Source: an uncultured Acidiferrobacteraceae bacterium (GTDB lineage: Bacteria; Pseudomonadota; Gammaproteobacteria; Arenicellales; UBA868). From it: a stretch of DNA of 47,569 bases. A program made the translations under genes and the position numbers. This document shows, one piece after another, positions 1 to 8,627 of this stretch. The notes below the pieces were generated by a model, which worked only from the letters and a program-made list of their open reading frames with translations, was not told where the DNA came from and ran no database searches. The stretch is from assembly GCA_964512815.1 (NCBI GenBank), contig CAZEKE010000068.1, forward strand, positions 1 to 47,569, written 5' to 3'. How positions within the stretch are numbered: the first letter of the stretch is position 1; each line of letters opens with the position of its first letter.

Positions 1-957
1 TTCAGATCGTAGTACTTTGGCTCCATATACATGAAGACCTCGTACAATATCCCCAAAGCTATCAGGATCACGCAATACTTCGGAACTCGTAATCGTCTGA
101 GCCGTTGCAGTTGAACTAATATGTCCAGCAATACATTTACCTGCTGCGTTAGTCGTAGAGGCAATGTTATTGGACTTATACATACTAAATCCACGCAATT
201 TTCCAGAAGTTACTAGGCCGTTTCTGATTGAACCTTGACCAGCATTGTAATCGACTGACAAGAGTTTGGACGCTGTACCAGTAAGAACCTCATAGAATTG
301 AGGCGGGGCTACAAACCACCGTCCCTCTTCAGGGATATTTTGATCGTCCATAAGACGAGCCATATGCCCCAAGATATCTATAGGATCGTGTTCATCCGTA
401 CCAAAGCCAATGTCAAGATTACCTGTGCCATCAAAAGTACCAGCCGCAAGATCAGTTGCACTATCCGAGCCAAGAATATGATTAGGACTAGATGCAGAAA
501 CACCACTAAACATAGTAGCGAGTACACCTTCGTCAAAAGCATCACGCAAGGCATACGCTGCTGCAGACGAGGCCGTTTCACGCCAGTTCACATGAGACAT
601 ATTTGATTCAATGTCATCAACCTTGAACTTAAAGGCGTTAGCCGTATCTACAACCAACGTAATTTCTTGGTCGGTTAGTTTCGTTTGCGTTACATCTGCG
701 CCACGCTCATACTGATAAACAGTAATCGTCGGTTCTTTAATAATCTTTACAGAATCACCAAAGTTAGCAATATCACCAGCATAATCAGTGTTGGTAATAG
801 CTTCAATTACAGAGGCTTTCCTGAAGAAGTTTAGAACCTTCTTAGAATAGACAGCAGGTAAGAAAAACGAATTATTCTGACCACTTACGGAGTTACCAAA
901 GTTGGCATCGGTATCTGTGCTAGGCTCAAAGTATTGGTCACTTTGATTATATGCCAT
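1..957 (-). CDS. major capsid protein, N-terminal 319 codons only (ORF runs off the left edge, so it is absent from the ORF track)
   Basis: Own translation from ATG 957..955: MAYNQSDQYFEPSTDTDANFGNS...GHISSTATAQTITSSEVLRDPDSFGDIVRGLHVYGAKVLRSE. No stop down to position 1. Lies directly downstream of the scaffold-like gene in canonical head-module order. Confidence 0.7.
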   Translation of the reverse strand, partial: MAYNQSDQYFEPSTDTDANFGNSVSGQNNSFFLPAVYSKKVLNFFRKASVIEAITNTDYAGDIANFGDSVKIIKEPTITVYQYERGADVTQTKLTDQEITLVVDTANAFKFKVDDIESNMSHVNWRETASSAAAYALRDAFDEGVLATMFSGVSASSPNHILGSDSATDLAAGTFDGTGNLDIGFGTDEHDPIDILGHMARLMDDQNIPEEGRWFVAPPQFYEVLTGTASKLLSVDYNAGQGSIRNGLVTSGKLRGFSMYKSNNIASTTNAAGKCIAGHISSTATAQTITSSEVLRDPDSFGDIVRGLHVYGAKVLRSE

Positions 958-984
958 ATTTATTTACTCCAAATTAGACAAAAA

Positions 985-1848
985 TTATGATTTAACTACT
1001 CTGCCTTCACTTACAGCTTGATTAATCTCTTCTTCAAAAGCATCAAACTCATCTATAGACATAGCAGCAATCTCCCGTTCAGTCCAAATTTTATCTGGTT
1101 GAACAGCATCTACCGTCGTAGTTTTAGTAGAAACTAAATCTGCCGCTGAACCTTCTCTGGACTGTTGTGTTTGTTGTGATTGCCTTCGTCTAGGAGTAGA
1201 AGTTAGGCCATTTTCCATTTTATAAAGATCAATAGCTTTTGAAGCTAGTGCGATATTATCAGGATTTTTATAAATCCAGTCTTGTATCTCTTCAGGTTGT
1301 ACCTTGGCCCACTCATGAAAGTTCTCATCAGTCCTAATCTCTTCGAAATCAGGATGTTGATCACGAAGTCCAGTTTCAGCTTCTCGGCGCATAATATCTG
1401 CTTCACGTTGCTGTATAGCTGATAATTGTCCTTGAAGTTCTTCTACTTGACGTTCACTTTGCAAGTGTGCTACGGTTTCAACCGTATCATATAAATCAGG
1501 ATACTCTTGTTTAAACTTTTCAATTTCTTCAGCACTTTTAGGTACTTCGTATTGAGGATGAGAAGATCTAGCTTCCGCTAAAAGTTCTTGTTCTCGTTGT
1601 TTAAATTGAGAAACCCTATCATCATAATGCTTCTTTAAGTCATCATATCTTTTTTTGTAGTTGGCTCTTTTACGTTTTGGAGCAGCTTTCTGCTCTTCTT
1701 CATCAGGGGCCTCTTGTGAAGTAACCTGACCTTCGTAAAATAGCGAATCAGCACTTTGCGTCTGAGGACCATCTGGCTTATGCCAAGGCTTCTTTGCATT
1801 GTATGGATTCGCTTCTTGTTCTTCTAAATTCTCCTCTACTTCTGACAT
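985..1848 (-). CDS. scaffolding-like protein (acidic, coiled-coil)
   Basis: 287 aa, E/Q/K-rich helical sequence. Position immediately upstream of the capsid gene. Confidence 0.5.
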   Translation of the reverse strand: MSEVEENLEEQEANPYNAKKPWHKPDGPQTQSADSLFYEGQVTSQEAPDEEEQKAAPKRKRANYKKRYDDLKKHYDDRVSQFKQREQELLAEARSSHPQYEVPKSAEEIEKFKQEYPDLYDTVETVAHLQSERQVEELQGQLSAIQQREADIMRREAETGLRDQHPDFEEIRTDENFHEWAKVQPEEIQDWIYKNPDNIALASKAIDLYKMENGLTSTPRRRQSQQTQQSREGSAADLVSTKTTTVDAVQPDKIWTEREIAAMSIDEFDAFEEEINQAVSEGRVVKS

Positions 1849-1864
1849 ATCACTTCTCCTTCAC

Positions 1865-1985
1865 GGGGCTTGTCTCGTGCAAGGTAGCCAAACTAATTAG
1901 TTCTTTGGCCTAAAACTAAAGTTGGGGCTTGCCTACTCCAAGGTAGCCGTTATAATTTAATGATAGAGGGCCTTACGGGTAGCTC
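1865..1985. repeat. three copies (two full, one partial) of a 25-nt direct repeat GGGGCTTG-N7-CAAGGTAGCC in an intergenic gap
   Basis: 1865-1889 GGGGCTTGTCTCGTGCAAGGTAGCC, 1924-1948 GGGGCTTGCCTACTCCAAGGTAGCC (21/25 identical, 59-nt period), partial 1968-1985 GGGCCTTACGGGTAGCTC. Confidence 0.6.
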
Positions 1986-1992
1986 TATCTCC

Positions 1993-2613
1993 TTATACAA
2001 CACTTGGCATTCGATTAGCGCCGATCATTTGTTTTTTGATCTCTTCTTCCTCGTCTGCTAGAAGCGACGATTCTTCCGAATCAACCGCTCCTCCAAATGC
2101 GTATTTTTGTTTAAGACCACCAGCATAGGCCCGTTCTGCATTGTCCATAAGAGATTGCAGATAATCAGGGCCTAATTGTTTAGTAGCCTGTTCGGTGAAT
2201 ACAAATTCACCATCCGATAACCTTGCGGGTATCGAATCTGAAACACCAGTGCCGGGGCCTTCTACCTCCCCTTCACCAGTAAATTCTGAAGCTGTCAACA
2301 TTACTTTATCAAATATAGTATTCAGCCTAGGATCTGTTTCTAAAGCATTCAATAAATATTCTTCTTCATTTGTATCTAATGCTTTAGAAACAACAGAATC
2401 TACAAATTCATTCTCCATTTCTTCATCTGGTAATTGTGAAGCTTCAGCATTGGCTTGAACTTCAGGTGTAAAAGTATCCACTGGTACTTCAGGAGCTACT
2501 TCAGGCGTTTCTTCTAGAACACCGCCAGCTAAAAGACCCTCTCGTTTATTTGGAGAGAACATACTTTGCCCATCTCCATAACCACCACCAAAATAATCGT
2601 TTCTATATGCCAT
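1993..2613 (-). CDS. acidic head-module protein of unknown function
   Basis: 206 aa. AGGA SD-like sequence 8 nt upstream. Highly acidic, with the segment GPGTGVSDSIPARLSDGEFVF. Lies between portal and scaffold. Confidence 0.6.
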   Translation of the reverse strand: MAYRNDYFGGGYGDGQSMFSPNKREGLLAGGVLEETPEVAPEVPVDTFTPEVQANAEASQLPDEEMENEFVDSVVSKALDTNEEEYLLNALETDPRLNTIFDKVMLTASEFTGEGEVEGPGTGVSDSIPARLSDGEFVFTEQATKQLGPDYLQSLMDNAERAYAGGLKQKYAFGGAVDSEESSLLADEEEEIKKQMIGANRMPSVV

Positions 2614-2638
2614 TTATTCGTTCCTCTCTAAAGCTTCT

Positions 2639-4843
2639 TTAACTTCCTCCACCAACCCCTCTAAGCGTACCAGAGAACTCACCTTCCCCTGGTAACGGAA
2701 CATTTCCAGTTCCGATGTTGCCACCGCCAGTGCCTGTAGCTCCAAGTTCTTGAGGTTGCGGAGGTGCTCCACCAGCGGCTCCCATGTTTCCGGGTTGTTC
2801 ACCAACGGGGCCAGCCTCTTCGCCTGTGTTTTGTCCAGCATTTTGCATTCCTATAATCTGTGCCATAATAGCGGCTTCATCAGGATCATTGAGTAATTCA
2901 TCTGGATCAAGATCAAGACTGTATGCAAGTTCGCTAATAAGCTTACTAATTTTAACAAACGGAGCAACGGCTGGATTCTGTACAGTCTGTAAGAATGTCG
3001 TGAGCCTTTGACTTCGTACCTCTTTCTGCATCAGGCTATTTGTACCTGTTGCTCTTACTTCTAAATCACCTACTACACCTAGTTTATCTTCTAGAAATTG
3101 CATATTCCATTGGAAATAAGCTTCTCCAAGAGGTTTAAGTAGGAAATCATCTAAATTCTTTATCACAGTTTTTATATTCAAAGAGGCTGCACCAAGTAGC
3201 ATTGACATGCCTGAAGCAGTCCTTGTCATACTCTGTACGCCTGTTTGACCATGTGAATAGCTAGGAATACCTGTTTGTTCATCAGCAAGCTGTCTAAACT
3301 TATCAAACATCTGCATATTCTCTTGTGTTACATTCGGAAACTTAACACCATGAATTGCTTGTCCGGGCATACCTGCCTGTCGTCTAAAGACCTTACCTGG
3401 ATAAACTTCCATAGATTGTCCACCTACTAAAGCAGACTCATCTACATCAAACACTAGTGAACCGGATAGTGCGAGATTATCAATAGCCATTCGAGCATGA
3501 CCATTCATAATCTTCTGAGAATCATCCATGTTCTCAGCTACACCAATTCCAAAGAAGCTGTAAGGATTCTTTTCATAAGCGAAAGAATGATATGGTAAAC
3601 GATGTGGTGTAAACGGATTCACAACAGACCGTAAAAGATTTCCATTACATACCCACGCATTAATCTGTACCTCATCTAGATCATCAACAGTATCAGCTAA
3701 CTCCATACCTACTTCACGCGCATATTCAGCATCCATAATGCCCCAATATTCTAGTACTTCAAATTGTCCTGATCCATACTCCTGTCCTCTTTGATCATCT
3801 TTGAGTTCATGTTCGTAATCCTTTTGAACATAGTTTGGTCCCATTGACAAACATGTTCGTATGGCATCCTTATCAAAGTATGGCATTTTAGATAAGGCAC
3901 GTAATTGTGATCTATTAAGCTTATGTCTATGGAATACATATTCACACTCGGATATGTTAGTGGCGTTTGGATCTGGGAAGAAATCCCAAATACTGACAAA
4001 CTCAATACGAGGAACACGAACATCCACGGGACTATAAGATCTTTCTCCTGTTTCATCTTCATCCCAACGATTTAACGTCTTATTAAAATTAAAAGGCCCT
4101 TTTACAATACCTGTACCAAATAAAGCAGACTCGAAGAGAGCATTGCGAATCTCTGATGAGCCACTGGATTCTTCAATTTGATCATGTATTAGTTTTTCCA
4201 TCCTTCTTGCTGCTTTTTGTGCGGGGCTGATTTCCATCGCTTGTGGTGTTGGCAACAGCCCTGACCGCAACAACCCTTGATCTTCGGCTTCTTTATCGAG
4301 TGGCTTGCTGTCGAATTTTCCTGGTCCGAATGTTGCTCCGGGTTTGAGTACTCTACCATCTCCTTTATATCCGACATCGAATGGACTCTCCTCTGGTTCT
4401 TCCTCTGTACCAGAACCTGCTGTTGTTTCTAAGCCCGGTACAGGATTATTAATATCTAAATGTGCATGTTCTGATATGCCTTCTGGAACTTTTGTTTCAG
4501 AAATACCAATCGGAAATTTATTAGCTCCGAAAATAACATCAACGAGCTGTCCAAAGGCTGCAAGAACTTTTGTCTTTGTTACTTTAACAAATACACGAGA
4601 TTTTTCAGATTCTCTAAATCTTACATTCTTAGGATATAGCCCACGATAATTATGGTATCCTGTTATCCAACGCCCTTCATCAATAGAACGTGCGTCTTCT
4701 GCCGAAGAATATCTATCTTGAAGCAGAGCTACAAATTTATTACTAAGAGTCTCATCTAAAGATAAAGCTTTACCTTCCTCACCTTCCACATCTTCAAAAT
4801 AAATATTATCGGCGTTGTCTATAAAAGTATTATCTTCTGCCAT
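2639..4843 (-). CDS. portal protein with Gly/Pro-rich C-terminal tail
   Basis: 734 aa. Size and position directly after terL. The last ~65 aa are Gly-rich and use genome-typical A/T-ending codons. Confidence 0.7.
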   Translation of the reverse strand: MAEDNTFIDNADNIYFEDVEGEEGKALSLDETLSNKFVALLQDRYSSAEDARSIDEGRWITGYHNYRGLYPKNVRFRESEKSRVFVKVTKTKVLAAFGQLVDVIFGANKFPIGISETKVPEGISEHAHLDINNPVPGLETTAGSGTEEEPEESPFDVGYKGDGRVLKPGATFGPGKFDSKPLDKEAEDQGLLRSGLLPTPQAMEISPAQKAARRMEKLIHDQIEESSGSSEIRNALFESALFGTGIVKGPFNFNKTLNRWDEDETGERSYSPVDVRVPRIEFVSIWDFFPDPNATNISECEYVFHRHKLNRSQLRALSKMPYFDKDAIRTCLSMGPNYVQKDYEHELKDDQRGQEYGSGQFEVLEYWGIMDAEYAREVGMELADTVDDLDEVQINAWVCNGNLLRSVVNPFTPHRLPYHSFAYEKNPYSFFGIGVAENMDDSQKIMNGHARMAIDNLALSGSLVFDVDESALVGGQSMEVYPGKVFRRQAGMPGQAIHGVKFPNVTQENMQMFDKFRQLADEQTGIPSYSHGQTGVQSMTRTASGMSMLLGAASLNIKTVIKNLDDFLLKPLGEAYFQWNMQFLEDKLGVVGDLEVRATGTNSLMQKEVRSQRLTTFLQTVQNPAVAPFVKISKLISELAYSLDLDPDELLNDPDEAAIMAQIIGMQNAGQNTGEEAGPVGEQPGNMGAAGGAPPQPQELGATGTGGGNIGTGNVPLPGEGEFSGTLRGVGGGS

Positions 4844-4977
4844 TACCTTCCTTTTCCTCTTTGTCTAGCTTTAGACATATGAATGGCTCTTTCTTGTTTT
4901 ACGGCATCTTTCTTTTTAGAGTAAGTCTTTCCAGTTTTACCGTACTTATAACCACCCCTTACTTTTTTTACTGGCAT
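4843..4977 (-). CDS. 44-aa highly basic protein (not in ORF track)
   Basis: MPVKKVRGGYKYGKTGKTYSKKKDAVKQERAIHMSKARQRGKGR. Starts 1 nt after the terL stop. Its TAA overlaps the portal ATG (TAATG). Confidence 0.5.
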   Translation of the reverse strand: MPVKKVRGGYKYGKTGKTYSKKKDAVKQERAIHMSKARQRGKGR

Positions 4978-4978
4978 A

Positions 4979-6694
4979 TTAGTATCCAAATTCCATATCA
5001 GCGGGTTGATAGGCCCTCTCCATTTGTAAATATCGCATTTGACTTAGTGGATCATTAATCCTTGGTCGAGACATAATTAAATAGCGTAGAGCATCATACG
5101 CATGATCAGGCGCATGAGTATCTACGTCTTCAGGATTATTCTTATCCAAAGGAATACTTTGAAGTTCGCGTATCAGATTAGGACAAGTATTAAATATTTG
5201 AATTTGTGGCCTTCCGCTTTGCTTTAGCTTTAAGTATTCGTGAATTTGAATCTTCCCTTGTATTCTATTTTTATCGGCTCTCCTTAGTTTATGTCCTGCC
5301 TTTTGCAGAGATTCACCAACTGTAGGACCAGTTGTTCCTGTCCTCGCCCATGCTGCTGTATCTAAGACACCCGCAACCGAGAAAGGATCTAGAATTTCCA
5401 TTTGGGTGATCATCTCACCTAAATCAACTCCAGTTAAATTCTTTTTGTACAATTCTCTATAAACAATCAAAGTGCCGTCTGATGGATCAACTGTTGCCCA
5501 TATACAAGCACTTTCTGAAGCATATCCGTAGTCAATACCCTTTACTCTTTCCCAGCCTATCGGTATCTCGAAAGGTGGAATAACATGTATATCAGGATCA
5601 AACTCGGTAAAGGCTGCTCCCTCTGCAACATCCCAATTCCCTTCAAGGAGTTGTTTACGTTGTATAGGTGGCAAAGCCTTTAACATCTCTTCATAACGTC
5701 CATCATCTGCAAGATATGGATTATCTACCAATCGTGCAGGTATGAACTTACGAATCAATCCATCATTACCTTGAAAAGATTCTCCTGGTTCTGAAGGATC
5801 AACATACCTCTTCTTTACCCAGTGTGCTCCAACACCTCCTGGGTTTGCCGTACATCTTAGATACGGCATAATCTCAGAATCTGTTGTACGAAGTCTTGAA
5901 GCTAGATAGTTCCAACCAAATTCAGTTGGTAGGTGAGTAATCTCATCAAAACCAATCCACGAATAGGCTTGACCTTGATAACGATACACATCTGCATCTC
6001 TCTCTAAGAATCCGAACTCTACTTTAGCACCACTCGGAAAATTCCAAAGTTTCTCTACTTCTCGAAACTTACATCCTGGGAATGCCTTTGGATACAATTC
6101 CCTTGATTTATCTATTAATTCTCTTAATTCAGGCATTGAGCGCCGTAATATTAGTGCTCTATGCGCTCCACGGTGGCAGAACCGCAGAGGGTCTACCAAC
6201 ATAGCGTAGGATTTACCTCCCCCTGCTGCCCCGCCATAGAGAACATCCTTTTCAGGAGCCGCTAAAAACTCAGTCTGTGGTCCTTCATTAGCCTGGAAAA
6301 TTACATTCTCATTAAGAATATGTTCTTTTACAGACTCTGGAAGACTTTTTTGTATATCCTCTTTTGTAAGGATCTTACCAGCTTGAGTCTTTTTATCAGA
6401 AGACTCATCTAATTTAGTCTGAATTACTCGCTGCTGCTTAACCCTCTCTCTGGCACCCTTGACCTTATTCTCAAGTCTGTGAAGATTACGCTCTTTATCA
6501 CGAAGAGAACGTCTAGCAGCCATTTTTGTCTTCGTTTCAGAATGGAAATTATAACCTCTTGAAGGTTTTCCTTTCTGACGACCAGCTTTCTTTTTAGGTG
6601 TACCATCTTTCTTTAGAACAAACTCGTTATTTAAATCTCTCTGATACAATTCGGGATTTATGTCCCACTCGTTCTTGTGAATCTGATCTTCCAT
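4979..6694 (-). CDS. terL: terminase large subunit
   Basis: Walker A GGAAGGGKS, Walker B-like IGFDEITH, C-terminal nuclease-like region. Has a Lys/Arg-rich ~140-aa N-terminal extension. Confidence 0.85.
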   Translation of the reverse strand: MEDQIHKNEWDINPELYQRDLNNEFVLKKDGTPKKKAGRQKGKPSRGYNFHSETKTKMAARRSLRDKERNLHRLENKVKGARERVKQQRVIQTKLDESSDKKTQAGKILTKEDIQKSLPESVKEHILNENVIFQANEGPQTEFLAAPEKDVLYGGAAGGGKSYAMLVDPLRFCHRGAHRALILRRSMPELRELIDKSRELYPKAFPGCKFREVEKLWNFPSGAKVEFGFLERDADVYRYQGQAYSWIGFDEITHLPTEFGWNYLASRLRTTDSEIMPYLRCTANPGGVGAHWVKKRYVDPSEPGESFQGNDGLIRKFIPARLVDNPYLADDGRYEEMLKALPPIQRKQLLEGNWDVAEGAAFTEFDPDIHVIPPFEIPIGWERVKGIDYGYASESACIWATVDPSDGTLIVYRELYKKNLTGVDLGEMITQMEILDPFSVAGVLDTAAWARTGTTGPTVGESLQKAGHKLRRADKNRIQGKIQIHEYLKLKQSGRPQIQIFNTCPNLIRELQSIPLDKNNPEDVDTHAPDHAYDALRYLIMSRPRINDPLSQMRYLQMERAYQPADMEFGY

Positions 6695-6929
6695 ACTTCT
6701 TTATAATCTTCTTCTGTAATCCTTTATGAGAAATATCTCTACCTGTTTTATGCTTTAACCACATGGCTCCATCTCTTAAACTGATAGAACCCACAACAAT
6801 GGATTCTTCGACATTTTGTAATACATCTAACTGTTCTTCATTCGGTATCACATAAGAAGAATCTTCAGGATCTATATCGTACCCAAAAGGTACTGATCCC
6901 TTAGATCTCTTTTCACGCTGACTGTTCAA
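6627..6929 (-). CDS. small protein resembling the Recombinase-domain segment of large serine recombinases
   Basis: 100 aa. VPFGYDIDPEDSSYVIPNEEQLDVLQNVEESIVVGSISLRDGAMWLKHKTGRDISHKGL resembles the PxGY...eeeA..v..if......S.r.ia..Ln pattern. Overlaps the terS end and the terL start. Confidence 0.4.
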   Translation of the reverse strand: MNSQREKRSKGSVPFGYDIDPEDSSYVIPNEEQLDVLQNVEESIVVGSISLRDGAMWLKHKTGRDISHKGLQKKIIKKYGRSDSQERVGHKSRIVSERFK

Positions 6930-7380
6930 CTGTCACAACTTCAGCATCAAACACATTCACATTCTTTTCTGGAAGTATAAAAATACCTCCACTCATTTTG
7001 TGATCTATGTTTACTCTTTCAGTTTTTCCAAGACCTATTCGGTCTAGAATAGTCTGTGCAGCTTGTAAACGTACACTCGCTTGAGGTATAGGCTCTTCTG
7101 AGTCCATAACATCAACTAACTTGATTGCTGCTTTAGGTGCAGACTGAGCAAGGATGTGAGAGGCCAGTTCTATAATCTCTTCTTTTAATGCTTTTACGAC
7201 TTGGGTATAGCTGCCTTCGGCATATCCTGCAAGCTCTGCTGCTTTCTTTGGATCACCTCCCGTATGAATCAAGTTATCTAGAAAAGACTTTTGCCTTTCT
7301 GTCAATTCCCTTTCTTTAGGCGCACCTGTAGAAAGAGAAGACAGATAATTAGAATGATTCGTATTTGTTTCTTCAGTCAT
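6913..7380 (-). CDS. terS: terminase small subunit
   Basis: 155 aa. LTERQKSFLDNLIHTGGDPKKAAELAGYAEGS is a typical TerS HTH segment. First gene of the packaging cluster. No SD upstream. Confidence 0.7.
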   Translation of the reverse strand: MTEETNTNHSNYLSSLSTGAPKERELTERQKSFLDNLIHTGGDPKKAAELAGYAEGSYTQVVKALKEEIIELASHILAQSAPKAAIKLVDVMDSEEPIPQASVRLQAAQTILDRIGLGKTERVNIDHKMSGGIFILPEKNVNVFDAEVVTVEQSA

Positions 7381-7388
7381 GCTAATAC

Positions 7389-7417
7389 ATTATAGGGCTG
7401 GATCTGGGTTTTGTCAA
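7389..7417 (-). promoter_or_regulatory. perfect sigma70 promoter facing terS
   Basis: Minus strand TTGACA (7417-7412), 17-nt spacer, TATAAT (7394-7389). The -10 ends 8 nt before the terS ATG. Confidence 0.7.
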
Positions 7418-7448
7418 GTACTTTCTCATATTTATTTTACTAAACTAC

Positions 7449-7477
7449 TTGACAAATGTAAAATTCAACCCTATAAT
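7449..7477 (+). promoter_or_regulatory. perfect sigma70 promoter facing the early/replication arm
   Basis: TTGACA (7449-7454), 17-nt spacer, TATAAT (7472-7477). A 5-bp hairpin AGCCG-CCAA-CGGCT (7487-7500) lies at the predicted 5' end. Confidence 0.7.
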
Positions 7478-7580
7478 AGGAGACACAGCCGCCAACGGCT
7501 TACATACTTTAAAGGGTGCCAACATGTCCAGTTTATTTTTAATACTTATTTGGCAGTTTTTTAAGGTACACAGGCTTAAA

Positions 7581-8598
7581 CGTTGCAAAATGTATGAGAT
7601 TGTGTTTAGTGTAGTAGGGTAAGGGGCCTGGTCACCTGCCTACCCACTTTAAATCGTTACAATAATGAGAACGATTCGTATTTAGATTCAATAATTCAGA
7701 AACTCTGAAGTGTTGCAGCGCTGTAACACTTTGCAACGTTGCAGAATCATTGGGACACACCCTGGCAAACTCTTAAAAGTGTCAACATGTCAACAACCAA
7801 AACGTTATAACTTTGTCATTTTTCAGACACTTAAATTATATATGCCTGGTGCTTGTATTCTTCCGCTAGATATGCTGGGGATCGGAAATGCTTATTCTAT
7901 AAAGTGTTGGTATTCCTCAATTCTTATTCTTAAAAATTATAAAATTCTGTAGATATCTCTGATCTACATCTATAAGCTACGTAGTCACTTGGTGTCGTAT
8001 TGCTGTAAGGGCTACCAAGGTGATTGCGTAGTATGTAGTTGCAGTCGTTTTAGGTTCCTCAGTCTCTGCCTACTTTCATAGGTACTGACAGAGGTAACAG
8101 GCTAGACGTACCCTTCGGGGGTCGGAAAAACCGCATCTAAGGATGTGTATCTAGAGTGATTAACCTTTAGGGATTGCTAACTACCTAGGCTACTAGATCG
8201 CTGAACAGTGAAATAAGCAGAACCATTTGGTAAGTGTCGGGAAACTGGCTAACGTAATGTTCTAAAACTTTCGGTTACTAGGTCAGACTCACAGTCTGTC
8301 TGAAGCGTTGGCAACGGATAGTGCCAGCGTAAGCCCTTTACCTTGACAAGATTAGTCATGCGTATTGTGTAGGGGATTCACCATGCAAATGGAGGACTCT
8401 TCTAGGGTTTAGACGTTACGAACGCAATGGGGATTCGGGCAGTCTAAAATCTAATCCAGAACACCAATATTTCTTTATTGGGGTGCAACATCGTTGCGCT
8501 TGAATCATTGGCTTATGCTCATAGTTATATTTCTCCAAACTTTGATAATTTGGGAATTTGTGATGCGTTGGTTTTGATTTTCACGTTGCGATGTTGCG
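7581..8598. promoter_or_regulatory. cluster of GTTGC/GCAAC sites (iteron- or operator-like) flanking an AT-rich core
   Basis: CGTTGCA 7581; imperfect 20-bp palindrome GTGTTGCAGCGCTGTAACAC 7710-7729; perfect 12-bp palindrome TGCAACGTTGCA 7732-7743; CGTTGGCAACG 8307-8317; GCAAC-ATC-GTTGC 8486-8498; GTTGCG at 8585 and 8593. Also tandem TGTCAACA x2 at 7780-7795. The AT-rich stretch is ~7800-7960. Confidence 0.4.
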
Positions 8599-8627
8599 TC
8601 ATGTTTTTCTTAACTGTTAAGAGTAGG

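Noticed and set aside
298-606. 102-aa plus-strand and 67-aa minus-strand ORFs at the left end
   Set aside because: They lie within or out of frame with the capsid gene. The capsid reading frame is continuous from 957 to 1 and gives a convincing capsid-like sequence.
2614-2841. 75-aa minus-strand ORF overlapping the portal C-terminal tail, with a plausible helical sequence and a stop abutting the next gene's ATG
   Set aside because: Its codons end mostly in G/C (CTG, GCC, CCG, GTG, GAG), unlike the rest of the genome. The portal frame over the same bases keeps the genome-typical A/T third positions. A Gly-codon-rich stretch naturally leaves alternate frames open. The next gene already has its own SD in the 25-nt gap after the portal stop.
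7780-7795. Two TTGACA hexamers on the minus strand (reverse complement of the TGTCAACA tandem) as possible extra promoters
   Set aside because: No acceptable -10 element exists 16-18 nt downstream of either copy (GGGTGT and GTTTGC). They are retained only as part of the repeat or operator description.
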